A DNA stretch of 64,000 nucleotides from an uncultured Alphaproteobacteria bacterium (GTDB taxonomy: Bacteria > Pseudomonadota > Alphaproteobacteria > RF32 > CAG-239): contig CALXPK010000069.1 of the NCBI GenBank assembly GCA_944390265.1, positions 7,322-71,321 of the forward strand. The letters run 5' to 3'. Shown here piece after piece: positions 45,959-55,312 of the stretch (position 1 is the first letter of the stretch; the number at the start of each line of letters is the position of its first letter). The position numbers and the translations under genes were made by a program. The notes below the pieces were generated by a model. That model was given only the letters and a program-made list of their open reading frames with translations. It made no database searches and was not told where the DNA came from.

Positions 45959-47140
45959 ATGAAAATGGCTGAAAAAAAATCTGTTTACCTTTCCAAGCCC
46001 CAACTTGAGGCAGAACTTGAGCGTTGTTTGAACTGCAAAAATATGCCTTGTATGAAGGCTTGCCCCGTGCACTGCAATCCGCAGGCTTTTATTGCCGCCG
46101 CCAAAGCCGGCAACGGCGAAATCTCGGCCAAGCTGATTTCTGATGAAAACCCCTTCGGGCAAACTTGCGGCCTTATCTGCCCCGATAAGTTTTGCATGAA
46201 AGCCTGTACCCGTCGGCATATTGATTTTGCCATCAATATTCCCAAAGTGCAAGCCACGCTCATGGAAAAATTTCGCAACTTCAAATATGATTATTCCGAG
46301 GTTGTTCCCAACGGCAAAAAAATTGCCATTGTCGGCGCCGGTCCCTCAGGCATTGCCGCGGCTTATTTTTTGGCGCGCAACGGCTTCAAATGCGTGATTT
46401 TTGAACGTGGCTCACAAATCGGCGGAGCACTCAACCTCATTCCGCATGAGCGCTTGCCGCAAGATGCCATTTTGAAAGATTGGGAATTTGTCAACAACTC
46501 TGCCCTAATTTCGGTGGTTTTTGAGGCGCAAATTTCCACCCCGTCAGATTTGTTCTTACAAGGTTTTGACGAGGTATTGATTGCCGGTGGCGAACCCAAC
46601 TGCGGCAGACTCAATATTGAAGGCGAAGATTTGGCCGTGTCTTATCTTGAATATCTGGCCAAGCCCGAAAAATACGTTACCAAAGGCAATGTGGCCGTGA
46701 TTGGCGGCGGCAATGTGGCTGCCGATTGCGCGATTGTGGCGCAAGCACAAGGTGCCGTTTATGTGGAGATGTTTGTGCGCCGCGGTTTGGCGGATATGCG
46801 CATAACCCCTGCCGAAAGACACGAGATTTTGGAGCGCAAGATTAATGTTTCGGCCGGCACCAGCCCTGATAAAATTATCAAAACCGGTGAAAAATATTCT
46901 CTTTATGTTCACAAAAATCGTTTTAATGGCGAAAAATGGGAACCTATTTCCGATACTGCCGTTGAACTCCCCGATTTTGATTTGATTATCCGTGCCATCG
47001 GGGCTAAAGCCGATGAAAAACAAGATGACCAGCGCCTCATCTATATCGGCGATTGCAAAACCGGCGGTTCAACTTTGGTGGAAGCCATGGCTGATGCCAA
47101 AAACACCGCCTTTGAGCTCATTAAAAAATATCAAGCCTAA
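45959..47140 (+). CDS. GltD/PreT-family NAD(P)H-dependent Fe-S flavoprotein oxidoreductase
   Basis: N-terminal Cys clusters (CLNCKNMPCMKACP and CGLICPDKFCMKAC), and dinucleotide folds IAIVGAGPSGIAAAYFLAR and VIGGGNVAADCA. Confidence 0.75.
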   Translation: MKMAEKKSVYLSKPQLEAELERCLNCKNMPCMKACPVHCNPQAFIAAAKAGNGEISAKLISDENPFGQTCGLICPDKFCMKACTRRHIDFAINIPKVQATLMEKFRNFKYDYSEVVPNGKKIAIVGAGPSGIAAAYFLARNGFKCVIFERGSQIGGALNLIPHERLPQDAILKDWEFVNNSALISVVFEAQISTPSDLFLQGFDEVLIAGGEPNCGRLNIEGEDLAVSYLEYLAKPEKYVTKGNVAVIGGGNVAADCAIVAQAQGAVYVEMFVRRGLADMRITPAERHEILERKINVSAGTSPDKIIKTGEKYSLYVHKNRFNGEKWEPISDTAVELPDFDLIIRAIGAKADEKQDDQRLIYIGDCKTGGSTLVEAMADAKNTAFELIKKYQA

Positions 47141-47172
47141 AAAAAAGCCTCTCATTTGAGAGGCTTTTTTCT
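47141..47172. terminator. Bidirectional terminator between convergent genes
   Basis: AAAAAA-GCCTCTC-ATTT-GAGAGGC-TTTTTTCTTT. Confidence 0.75.
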
Positions 47173-47176
47173 TTGC

Positions 47177-48199
47177 TTACTTCAGGTTTTGCTTGAAAAA
47201 GTTTTCAATCTTATCAAAGGGGATTTTTTCCATATTGTCATATAAATCAACATGGTTGGCGCCTTTGATAATCATCAGCTCTTTATTCTTGCCATGAAGT
47301 TTTTTGAATGCATCTTCACTAAAATAGCGGCTATGTGCTTTTTCGCCATGGAGCATCAGCACCGGATTTTTAATCTCACCGGCATAGCTTAAAATCGGCA
47401 TATTCATCAATGACAAAGAAGATGTCATATTCCAATTGCCGTTAGAGTTGATTGAGCGTTTGTGAAAACCGCGTTTGGTTTTGTAATAACCATAATAGTC
47501 TTGCACAAACTGTGGTTCGTTGCCGCTCAATTTTTCCGGTAAGCCGGGCATGGGGGCATAAGTGCCATTTTTATAATCTTGCGTGCGTTGGGCGTTCAAC
47601 TGCTCTCTTAGCTCGTAACGGGCTTTGGCATCCATGGCATCAAAATAACCCTTGGCACTGACGCGGGTCATGTCATACATGGTGGAAGTGACCGTGGCTT
47701 TGATTCTCGGGTCCATAGCGGCCGCATTCAAAGCAAAACCGCCAAAACCGCAGATACCGATAATGCCGATTTTATTTGCATCAACTTCCGGCAAGGTGCT
47801 CAGATAATCGACCGCGGCGCTGAAATCTTCAGTATTTATATCCGGAGAGGCCACATTCCTGACATCTCCGCCGCTTTCTCCGGTATAAGACGGGTCAAAG
47901 GCCAGCGCGATGAAGCCTCTTTCCGCCATGGTCATGGCATATAAGCCCGAAGCCTGCTCTTTGACGGCACCAAAAGGTCCGGACACGGCAATCGCCGCCA
48001 CTTTCTCCTTATCCAAATTTTTCGGCAGATATAAATCACCGACTAATTTAATGCCATAGCGGTTATGAAAGCTGACTTTCTTGACCTCGACCTTATCGCT
48101 TTTGGCAAAGGTTTTATCCCAAGCACAACAGCCATAAATTTTCCATGACACGGCCGCAACAACAACCAAGCCAATGATAATACCTAAAATCATTTTCAT
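47177..48199 (-). CDS. Alpha/beta hydrolase with N-terminal membrane anchor
   Basis: Anchor MKMILGIIIGLVVVAAVSW. Elbow-like IGIIGICGFGGFA. C-terminal LMLHGEKAHS...GANHVDLY. Confidence 0.7.
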   Translation of the reverse strand: MKMILGIIIGLVVVAAVSWKIYGCCAWDKTFAKSDKVEVKKVSFHNRYGIKLVGDLYLPKNLDKEKVAAIAVSGPFGAVKEQASGLYAMTMAERGFIALAFDPSYTGESGGDVRNVASPDINTEDFSAAVDYLSTLPEVDANKIGIIGICGFGGFALNAAAMDPRIKATVTSTMYDMTRVSAKGYFDAMDAKARYELREQLNAQRTQDYKNGTYAPMPGLPEKLSGNEPQFVQDYYGYYKTKRGFHKRSINSNGNWNMTSSLSLMNMPILSYAGEIKNPVLMLHGEKAHSRYFSEDAFKKLHGKNKELMIIKGANHVDLYDNMEKIPFDKIENFFKQNLK

Positions 48200-48214
48200 C
48201 TTGTCTCCTTTGTT

Positions 48215-48754
48215 TTAAGCGTTTTTGCCCATTTCATAGGCCTCAACCATCGCCGGCTTATCTTTAATCTCGCCTTTTTGCCATGCGCCCAGGCCATAAA
48301 CAATGCCTTTTTCTTTGGCATTATCCAAGCAATCAAGCGTGAAGCCGCGCAGACCTTCAATCACTTTTTCAACATTTTCTTTTTGGTCATCGGCCGCGGT
48401 GATGATGTAATAGATATCCTTATTGCTCATTTCGGTGTATCTTGGCACACATCTATCAATAAAGGTTTTCATTTGGCCGTTCATGGCATAAAAATAAACC
48501 GGTGTGGCAAAAACAATGGCATCGGCTGCAACCATTTTATCAACCAGCTCGGCCATATCGTCTTTTTGCACGCATTTGTGTGTGTCATTGCAAACACCGC
48601 AGCCCAAGCAGAAATTGATTTTTTTATCTCTTAAAAAGATTTTTTCGACCTTGTTTCCGGCCTCGGTTGCGCCTTTGATAAATTCATCGCACAGCGTATC
48701 GGAATTGCCGCCTTTGCGGTAGCTTGCCGAAATGACTAATATATTTTTACTCAT
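48215..48754 (-). CDS. Flavodoxin-like FMN reductase / iron-sulfur flavoprotein-like
   Basis: ILVISASYRKGGNSDTL, the Cys cluster FCLGCGVCNDTHKC, and FATPVYFYAMNGQMK. Confidence 0.8.
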   Translation of the reverse strand: MSKNILVISASYRKGGNSDTLCDEFIKGATEAGNKVEKIFLRDKKINFCLGCGVCNDTHKCVQKDDMAELVDKMVAADAIVFATPVYFYAMNGQMKTFIDRCVPRYTEMSNKDIYYIITAADDQKENVEKVIEGLRGFTLDCLDNAKEKGIVYGLGAWQKGEIKDKPAMVEAYEMGKNA

Positions 48755-49304
48755 TTTTCAATCCTTCCAACCATTCTTTAACACTACTTCCAGCCATGGA
48801 GGCAAAACTGCCGCGAAAAGCCTCTGCACCGGTTACATTTGCCTCGGGGATAATGCTCTTAATATCGGAAACACTATGTCCTAGTCCACTACCACCATGG
48901 GTCATAAACGGGACAACCGTCTTGCCCTTAAAGTCATTTGCGGTCAGGAATGTGCGCACCGGAGAGGCAATGGTTCCCCACCAGCAAGGCGAGCCGACAA
49001 AAATGACATCATATTGGCTCAAATCAACCTTAGCGTTTTTAATGGCGGGGGTCATTTTCTCCTGCACTTCTTTTTTGGCTTGTTCGGTGGTTTGGCGATA
49101 ATCCTCAGGATAAGCATTTACCGGCTCTATCACCAAAATATCTGCCGACAAATTCTCCTTAATTTTTTCAGCAATTTCTTGTGTGTTTCCGGTTTTGGAA
49201 TAATAAGCCACCAAGACCTTATCTTGCGGTTTGATGACTTGCGCCGAAACATTGCCGGCGGCAAACAGGGTTCCAATCATGGCTAATAATCCCATCAGTT
49301 TCAT
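48747..49304 (-). CDS. Flavodoxin-like protein (Flavodoxin_4 type) with signal peptide
   Basis: The ATG at 49304 sits 6 nt after AAGGAG. MKLMGLLAMIGTLFAAGNVSA is a signal peptide. Also VLVAYYSKTGNTQEIA and FVGSPCWWGT. Confidence 0.75.
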   Translation of the reverse strand: MKLMGLLAMIGTLFAAGNVSAQVIKPQDKVLVAYYSKTGNTQEIAEKIKENLSADILVIEPVNAYPEDYRQTTEQAKKEVQEKMTPAIKNAKVDLSQYDVIFVGSPCWWGTIASPVRTFLTANDFKGKTVVPFMTHGGSGLGHSVSDIKSIIPEANVTGAEAFRGSFASMAGSSVKEWLEGLKNE

Positions 49305-49305
49305 C

Positions 49306-50097
49306 TTATTCTCCTTTGTAGGTTTCATTGATTATGGCAATGGCATTAAGGCTCCGCGGATAACCGATATAGGGTAACATCTCGGTGACGGCATCAAGCA
49401 ACATTTGTTTGTCATTGCCCACGCTTTTATTAGCACCGGCATGCGCTTTGGCTTGCGGTTCCACGCCACCCATGGCCACCAAAGTACTAAAGGTTATCAG
49501 TTCACGTTGTTTGATGTCCAGACTGCTTCTGGTGTAATAATCACCAAAGCAGTTGGCAGAGAGATAATCTTGAATATGCTTTAACTCTTCCGGCGCATTG
49601 GCGCGCATGGAATCAATGTTCTCTTTGCCAAAAATTCCTCTTTGTGTATCCAAGCCTTTTTGCAACCTTGTTTCCACCGTGGTGTTGGCTTGCCCTGCTA
49701 ACGGCAACTTTACGCCGGCCTTGTGCAGTTCCTCATTGGTTATGAGCAAAAAGTCATAAGCCTTGGCAAAACCTGCATAAGGCACGGTTTGGTACAAGGT
49801 TTCTTTGATGACAATCGGGTCAACGCCTTGGGCTAAAGCCTCTCTTATCACGTTGCGATAATTTTCTTTGCCGCCGGCGCCGATATGCGCAGCCATTTTT
49901 ACCGCCGTGCGCATAGTTTTATCCAGCTTGCCATGCGGTTCGACATCATTTTTAACAAAGTTTTGCCACAAAGCCGCAAACTCAGGGTCGGTTTTATTCA
50001 TATCCGTCATAGTGCTTCCTCTCATGCAATAGCTGATTGCGGCCGCGGCGATGATGACCACCGCCGCAAAGCCGATTTTTTTATTTATATTCAGCAT
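49306..50097 (-). CDS. Carboxymuconolactone decarboxylase (AhpD-like) family protein with N-terminal anchor
   Basis: Two CMD-like halves (...VKMAAHIGAGG... and ...ELITFSTLVAMGGVEPQAKAHAGANKSVG). N-terminal hydrophobic segment IGFAAVVIIAAAAISY. Confidence 0.7.
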   Translation of the reverse strand: MLNINKKIGFAAVVIIAAAAISYCMRGSTMTDMNKTDPEFAALWQNFVKNDVEPHGKLDKTMRTAVKMAAHIGAGGKENYRNVIREALAQGVDPIVIKETLYQTVPYAGFAKAYDFLLITNEELHKAGVKLPLAGQANTTVETRLQKGLDTQRGIFGKENIDSMRANAPEELKHIQDYLSANCFGDYYTRSSLDIKQRELITFSTLVAMGGVEPQAKAHAGANKSVGNDKQMLLDAVTEMLPYIGYPRSLNAIAIINETYKGE

Positions 50098-50551
50098 CGG
50101 TTACAGGCTCCAACCAAGTGGACTTGTTATCTGCGCCGTTGCTCTCAATGGAAATGTGAACAAACCAACTGTCGGGCGCGGCACCGTGCCAATGTTCCAC
50201 CTCGGGCGGAATGCGGACAACGTCGCCTTTATGCAAAATTTGAATCTCTTTGCCGCGTTCCTGATATCTGCCCTCGCCTCCGGTCACAAGCAAGATTTGG
50301 CCGCCGCTGTGTTTGTGCCAGTTGGTTCTGGCACCCGGCTCAAAAGTTACGTTACCAACGGGGGCATTCCAGATATCATCTTTCACGCTCAGCATATTGA
50401 GATAAGTTTGTCCGGTGAAAAATTTGGAATATGGGTTTGGTTCACCTTGATTAAAAATGGTATCAATTTCGCTTTTCTTCATTTCTTGTGCCTTGGTTAT
50501 AGTTGTCCCTATCAGCAGGCTTAAGCCTGCCAATGCCAAAAGTTTTTTCAT
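50081..50551 (-). CDS. Cupin-domain protein with signal peptide
   Basis: MKKLLALAGLSLLIGTTITKAQE is a signal peptide. Cupin motifs: TNWHKHSGGQILLVTGGEG and PPEVEHWHGA. Confidence 0.8.
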   Translation of the reverse strand: MKKLLALAGLSLLIGTTITKAQEMKKSEIDTIFNQGEPNPYSKFFTGQTYLNMLSVKDDIWNAPVGNVTFEPGARTNWHKHSGGQILLVTGGEGRYQERGKEIQILHKGDVVRIPPEVEHWHGAAPDSWFVHISIESNGADNKSTWLEPVTDAEYK

Positions 50552-50562
50552 GTTTGGTCTCC

Positions 50563-51732
50563 TTATTTATAAGAAGCCTGATAAATGGCGACGCAATCTT
50601 CTTTGCTCAGTTGGGTGCGATCGCAAGCAAACAAGAAGCCCATGCAATCTAAAGCATTTTCTGCCATTGCCGGAAATTCTTCGGGCTTAATGCCATATTC
50701 AGACATTTTCAAATCTGCCACGCCGCAATCTTCTTGCAACTTAACCAGAGCTTTCACAAAGTCCATCGGCTCTTTGGCATCTTCCATGCCCAGAGCTTTG
50801 GCCATTCTGATGAATCTGTCATCGCAGACATGTTGATTGATGAAGTGGGTGTAATAAGCCTTACTAATCATAATCAGACCGGCACCGTGCGGCAATTGTT
50901 GATGATAAGCCGACAAAGCGTGCTCCAAAGAGTGCTCACTGGTGCAAGTGCCGACCGTCATCACAAAACCGGACATGGTGTTGCCGAAAGCCACTTTCTC
51001 TCTGGCTTCAATATTCTTGCCGTTTTTAACGGTTTCGGCCAGATTGCGGCCAACGTGCTCAATCACGCTCAAGGCCAACATATCGCTCATCAGATTAGCT
51101 TTGTTTGAAATATAGCCTTCCACGCTGTGGAACAAAGCATCAAAACCTTGATAAGCGGTCATGTGCGGCGGAACGGTAGTCATCAACTCCGGGTCAACAA
51201 CCGAGACAATCGGGAAAGAATATGGGGTGAAAAATGCGGTTTTTTCATTGGTTTCAGGATTGGTAATGACGGCGCCGGCGTCTGCTTCCGAACCGGTGCC
51301 GGCGGTGGTGGTGATGGCAACAAGCGGCAAAGGTTTGTTTTTAAGCGCTTTCTTTTTGCCTTTACCAAAATAAATATAATCCCACAAATCACCCTCGTTG
51401 ACGGCCATGGCGGCAATGGCTTTGGAAGCATCCATCACACTTCCGCCGCCCAAAGCAACAACCACATCACACTTATTTTTTCTGGCAATTTCAGCACCTC
51501 TCATCACGGTGGATTTCAACGGATTGGGTTCAACCTCATTAAACAAAACAAATTCTAAACCTGCTTTTTGCAACTGTTCTTCCACTCTGTCCAAATAGCC
51601 GTTGGCTTTGGCTGACTTGCCGTTGGAAATGACTAACAAAGCCTTTTTGCCGCCCAAGTTTTGTTTGTGCAGATTGTTTAATTCTCCGGCGCCAAACAGA
51701 ATGTGGGTGGGTAAATAAAAATCAAAACTCAT
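50563..51732 (-). CDS. Iron-containing (group III) alcohol dehydrogenase
   Basis: VALGGGSVMDASKAIA, TTAGTGSE, and the His cluster SEHSLEHALSAYH. GGAG ribosome-binding site. Confidence 0.88.
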   Translation of the reverse strand: MSFDFYLPTHILFGAGELNNLHKQNLGGKKALLVISNGKSAKANGYLDRVEEQLQKAGLEFVLFNEVEPNPLKSTVMRGAEIARKNKCDVVVALGGGSVMDASKAIAAMAVNEGDLWDYIYFGKGKKKALKNKPLPLVAITTTAGTGSEADAGAVITNPETNEKTAFFTPYSFPIVSVVDPELMTTVPPHMTAYQGFDALFHSVEGYISNKANLMSDMLALSVIEHVGRNLAETVKNGKNIEAREKVAFGNTMSGFVMTVGTCTSEHSLEHALSAYHQQLPHGAGLIMISKAYYTHFINQHVCDDRFIRMAKALGMEDAKEPMDFVKALVKLQEDCGVADLKMSEYGIKPEEFPAMAENALDCMGFLFACDRTQLSKEDCVAIYQASYK

Positions 51733-51778
51733 TTGTTTTCTCCTTTTTTAATTGAGGTTAACGAATCTTTCTGCCGAT

Positions 51779-51809
51779 AGCTTAATCTTTAGAGTTAACT
51801 CTAAGTCAA
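51779..51809 (-). promoter_or_regulatory. MerR-type promoter with operator, driving the adh operon
   Basis: On the minus strand TTGACT, a 19-nt spacer, then TAAGCT. The spacer contains the perfect 16-bp palindrome TTAGAGTTAACTCTAA (51789..51804). Confidence 0.7.
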
Positions 51810-51817
51810 GTATTTTC

Positions 51818-51846
51818 TTGACATTTATTTTATTTTTATTTAGCTT
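51818..51846 (+). promoter_or_regulatory. Candidate promoter for the merR-family gene
   Basis: TTGACA (51818..51823), 17 nt, then TAGCTT. It sits back-to-back with the adh promoter. Confidence 0.45.
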
Positions 51847-51871
51847 GAGGATAACTTTAAGGAGATTAAAA

Positions 51872-52300
51872 ATGAGTTACTCTATCGGCGAAGCGGCCAA
51901 AATGGTCGGATTGACCGCACATACCTTACGTTTTTATGACAAAGAAGGTTTGCTCCCTTTTGTTAAAAAAACTTCTTCCGGCCTGCGTGCATTTACCGAA
52001 TCCGACATTGAATGGCTGAAAATCATTGAATGCCTTAAAGGTACCGGCCTGCCTTTGAAACAAATCAAACAATATATTGACTGGTGCATTGAAGGAGATT
52101 CCACCATTCAACAACGCCTCAATATGTTTATTGAGCAAAGAAAGCACGTGGAAGAGCAAAAAGCCAAGTGGGAAAAACATTTGGCCAAAATCAACTTCAA
52201 AATCAAATATTATGAAGATGCCGCCAAACACGGTGACCTTAATGTTTTTGATCGCCACCCCGAATTGCTCAAAGAAAAAAACAAGCTGTTTGAAGACTAA
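51872..52300 (+). CDS. MerR-family transcriptional regulator
   Basis: YSIGEAAKMVGLTAHTLRFYDKEGLL is the helix-turn-helix, followed by a coiled-coil dimerisation helix. The ATG at 51872 follows AAGGAG; the track start at 51752 is rejected. Confidence 0.88.
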   Translation: MSYSIGEAAKMVGLTAHTLRFYDKEGLLPFVKKTSSGLRAFTESDIEWLKIIECLKGTGLPLKQIKQYIDWCIEGDSTIQQRLNMFIEQRKHVEEQKAKWEKHLAKINFKIKYYEDAAKHGDLNVFDRHPELLKEKNKLFED

Positions 52301-52329
52301 ATATTCCGTTGCATAGACTTTGAGTTGTA

Positions 52330-52358
52330 TTGACCAATCTTCTTTTTTTGTTTACGCT
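52330..52358 (+). promoter_or_regulatory. Candidate promoter for the cdr operon
   Basis: TTGACC, 17 nt, then TACGCT, about 30 nt upstream of the AAGGAG ribosome-binding site. Confidence 0.35.
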
Positions 52359-52388
52359 TAACTTCAAATAAACGAACACAAGGAGAAG

Positions 52389-53993
52389 ATGATGAAAGTT
52401 GTGATTATCGGCGGTGGTGCCGGCGGTGCCAGTTGCGCTGCACGTTTGAGACGTTTGAACGAAAAAGCAGAAATTATCATTTTGGAAAAAACGTCTGAAA
52501 TTTCCATTGCTAACTGCGGGTTGCCTTACTATTGCGGCAATGTGATTACTGACCGCGACGATATTATGGTTTCTTCTCCCGAACATTTTGAAAAAGTTTT
52601 TAACATCCGCGTCAAGCTCAACCATGAAGTGACCAAGATTAACCCTGCGGCAAAAACCGTGACCACACTCAACGGTGAAGAAATTGCTTATGACAAGTTG
52701 GTGATTGCCACCGGCGGAAAGCCTTTTGTTCCGCCTCTGGATGGTTGGGGCAATATGCCGCACTTTACCATTCGTCATTTGTCCGATGCCGACGCGGTTA
52801 AAAAATATATTGCGGAAAATCATCCTAAAACCGCCAGCGTTATCGGTGGTGGCTTTATCGGTGTGGAAATGGCGGAAAACCTCATTGAAGCCGGCTTGAA
52901 AGTCAACTTGATTGAGCTGGCACCGCAAGTTTTGGCTCCGCTTGATGAAGATATGGTCGGCATGATTCACAAAGAACTGAAAGAAAAAGGAATCAAACTT
53001 TATCTTAACACCAGCATCAATGCGGTTTTGCCCAAACAATTCAACCTTGCCTCGGGAGAAACGCTCGAATCGGATATGCTCATTTTGGCACTCGGTGTGC
53101 GACCGGAAACCAAAACTGCCGCCGAAGCCGGTGTTGAAACCCTCCCCAACGGCGCTATTCGCACCAACGAGTTTATGCAAACCAATTTTTCCGATATTTA
53201 TGCCTGCGGCGATAATGTGGCGGTTAAAGATTTTGTGGATGGAACGGAAACCACCATTGCGCTGGCCGGTCCGGCAAACCGTCAGGGGCGTCTGATTGCC
53301 GACCATATTTGCGGCTCGGCTTATCCTTATACCGGCTCACAAGGTTCCGGCGTGGTCAAGGTTTTTGATCTTACCGCCGCTTTTACCGGTAACAATGAAA
53401 GACAGCTCAAAAAGAAAAACATTCCTTACAAAAAAATGCTGATTTGGGGAAAATCGCACGCCGGATACTACCCCAATGCCAAGCCTTTGGCCTTGAAAGT
53501 TCTCTACAATGCCGAGGGAAAAATTCTCGGGGCACAAGCCATCGGCATGGAAGGCGTGGACAAGAGAATCGATATTATTGCCACGGTAATGCGCTTGGGC
53601 GGCACTTACAAAGATTTGCGTGATGCCGAGCTTTGCTATGCACCACCCTATTCTTCCGCCAAAGACCCGATTAATCTCATCGGCATGGCCATTCAAAATG
53701 TGGAAGAGAATCGCCTCAAGCCCTATTTCGGCACCGATTTTCAAGATATGTTTGTGATTGACGTGCGCGGTCCTGCCATGCACAAAGCCGGACATTTGCC
53801 CAATGCCATCAATATGCCCATTCCGCAGCTGCGGCAACATCTGGGTGAACTGCCTCGCAACCGCCCTATTCTTTTGCACTGCATGATTGGTTATAACAGC
53901 TATCTGGCTTCTTGCATTTTGCGCCAAAACGGTTTTGACAATGTGTTCAGCTATGCCGGCGGATTTTCGCAATATAAAGCACAAAAGGACTAA
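52389..53993 (+). CDS. cdr: CoA-disulfide/persulfide reductase with C-terminal rhodanese domain
   Basis: VVIIGGGAGGASCAARL, the redox Cys in SIANCGLPYY, VIGGGFIGVEMAE, and the C-terminal rhodanese loop LLHCMIGYNS. Confidence 0.85.
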   Translation: MMKVVIIGGGAGGASCAARLRRLNEKAEIIILEKTSEISIANCGLPYYCGNVITDRDDIMVSSPEHFEKVFNIRVKLNHEVTKINPAAKTVTTLNGEEIAYDKLVIATGGKPFVPPLDGWGNMPHFTIRHLSDADAVKKYIAENHPKTASVIGGGFIGVEMAENLIEAGLKVNLIELAPQVLAPLDEDMVGMIHKELKEKGIKLYLNTSINAVLPKQFNLASGETLESDMLILALGVRPETKTAAEAGVETLPNGAIRTNEFMQTNFSDIYACGDNVAVKDFVDGTETTIALAGPANRQGRLIADHICGSAYPYTGSQGSGVVKVFDLTAAFTGNNERQLKKKNIPYKKMLIWGKSHAGYYPNAKPLALKVLYNAEGKILGAQAIGMEGVDKRIDIIATVMRLGGTYKDLRDAELCYAPPYSSAKDPINLIGMAIQNVEENRLKPYFGTDFQDMFVIDVRGPAMHKAGHLPNAINMPIPQLRQHLGELPRNRPILLHCMIGYNSYLASCILRQNGFDNVFSYAGGFSQYKAQKD

Positions 53994-53996
53994 GCC

Positions 53997-54746
53997 ATGA
54001 TTTTTTACTTTTCCGGGACCGGAAACTCACAATGGGTGGCCGAAGAATTGGCACACAAGCTCTCTGACCGTGCCACCCCGATTATGGCTGCCAAATCAGA
54101 TTATTCCCCTGCGGCGGGCGAAAAAATCGGCTTTGTTTTTCCGATTTATGCCTGGGATGCACCGGCCTGCATGTATCAATTTATCTCCCAACTCAATCTT
54201 AACTGCGATAACTACATTTACATGGTGGCAACTTGTCATTCGCAAGCCGGCGGCGTGGATAAAGTCTTTAAAAAAGCCTTGGCTCAAAAAGGTCTTGCCC
54301 TTAATGCCGCTTTTTCTGTCAATATGCCCAACAACTATCTTTTAGCGCCGTTTTTGAAAATTGACTCGGAAGCCAAACGTAGCAAAATCTTGCGCCAAGC
54401 TCAAAGCCGCTTAAACGAAATTGCCGCTGCGGTTGAAGCGGAAAAGAACATCATTTCCATCAAACGCGGCTTGTCTATTTTAAGCAAAATTGCGCCGCTG
54501 TTCCGCCGTTTTTCTTCAGATAAGTCCTTTTATGTGGAAAAAGCCAAGTGCATTCAATGCGGGCTGTGTGCCAAAATCTGCCCGATGAAAAACATCAGCC
54601 TCACCCCTTTTCCGGAGTGGAACGGCAACTGCGCCATGTGTCAAGCCTGTTTGCACCACTGCCCAACCGAGGCCATTCAATGCGGACATTTTACCAAAGG
54701 CAAAAAGCGCTACTTTTTCAAAAAGGAATATCTGCCTCATGATTGA
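53997..54746 (+). CDS. EFR1-family ferredoxin (flavodoxin-like domain plus 2x[4Fe-4S])
   Basis: MIFYFSGTGNSQWVAE, CIQCGLCAKICP, and CAMCQACLHHCP. Confidence 0.8.
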   Translation: MIFYFSGTGNSQWVAEELAHKLSDRATPIMAAKSDYSPAAGEKIGFVFPIYAWDAPACMYQFISQLNLNCDNYIYMVATCHSQAGGVDKVFKKALAQKGLALNAAFSVNMPNNYLLAPFLKIDSEAKRSKILRQAQSRLNEIAAAVEAEKNIISIKRGLSILSKIAPLFRRFSSDKSFYVEKAKCIQCGLCAKICPMKNISLTPFPEWNGNCAMCQACLHHCPTEAIQCGHFTKGKKRYFFKKEYLPHD

Positions 54747-55224
54747 GTGCTTTCCGCCGATTATTGATGAAGACTCACAAATTTTGATTATCGGCACCAT
54801 GCCGAGCGTGAAATCTTTGGACGCGCGTGAATATTATGCGCACCCACGCAATGCCTTTTGGAAGATTATGGCCATGCTTTATCTAAACGGGGCGGAATTT
54901 TCAAACTTTGCCGAGAAAAAGGCCTGCATTCTTGCGCATCAACTAGCCCTGTGGGACAATCTTCGCTTTTGCGAGCGCAACGGCAGTTTGGACAGCAATA
55001 TCAAAAATATGATTCCGAACGATTTTGAAAGCCTTTTGCAAAATCATCCACATATCTGCCGGTTGATTTTCAACGGACAAAAATCTTTTCAAATCTTCAA
55101 AAAATTTCATCCCGAACTTTTGGAAAAATATCAGCATTTTGTTTTGCCCTCAACCAGTCCTGCCAATGCCACTCTCTCCTTTGAAAAAAAACTCGCCCTT
55201 TGGCAGGAAGCACTTAAAATTTAG
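54739..55224 (+). CDS. DNA-deoxyinosine (hypoxanthine) glycosylase, UDG family 6-like
   Basis: ILIIGTMPSVKSLDAREYYAHPRNAFW and LPSTSPAN. The start overlaps the upstream stop (ATGATTGA). Confidence 0.7.
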   Translation: MIECFPPIIDEDSQILIIGTMPSVKSLDAREYYAHPRNAFWKIMAMLYLNGAEFSNFAEKKACILAHQLALWDNLRFCERNGSLDSNIKNMIPNDFESLLQNHPHICRLIFNGQKSFQIFKKFHPELLEKYQHFVLPSTSPANATLSFEKKLALWQEALKI

Positions 55225-55312
55225 ACAGAAAAACTCTTGAAAAGAACAAAAAAAAATGCTACATTATTTTTTGAGTTAAATATATTTATGTTTCACTAAA
55301 TTATTTTAAGTT

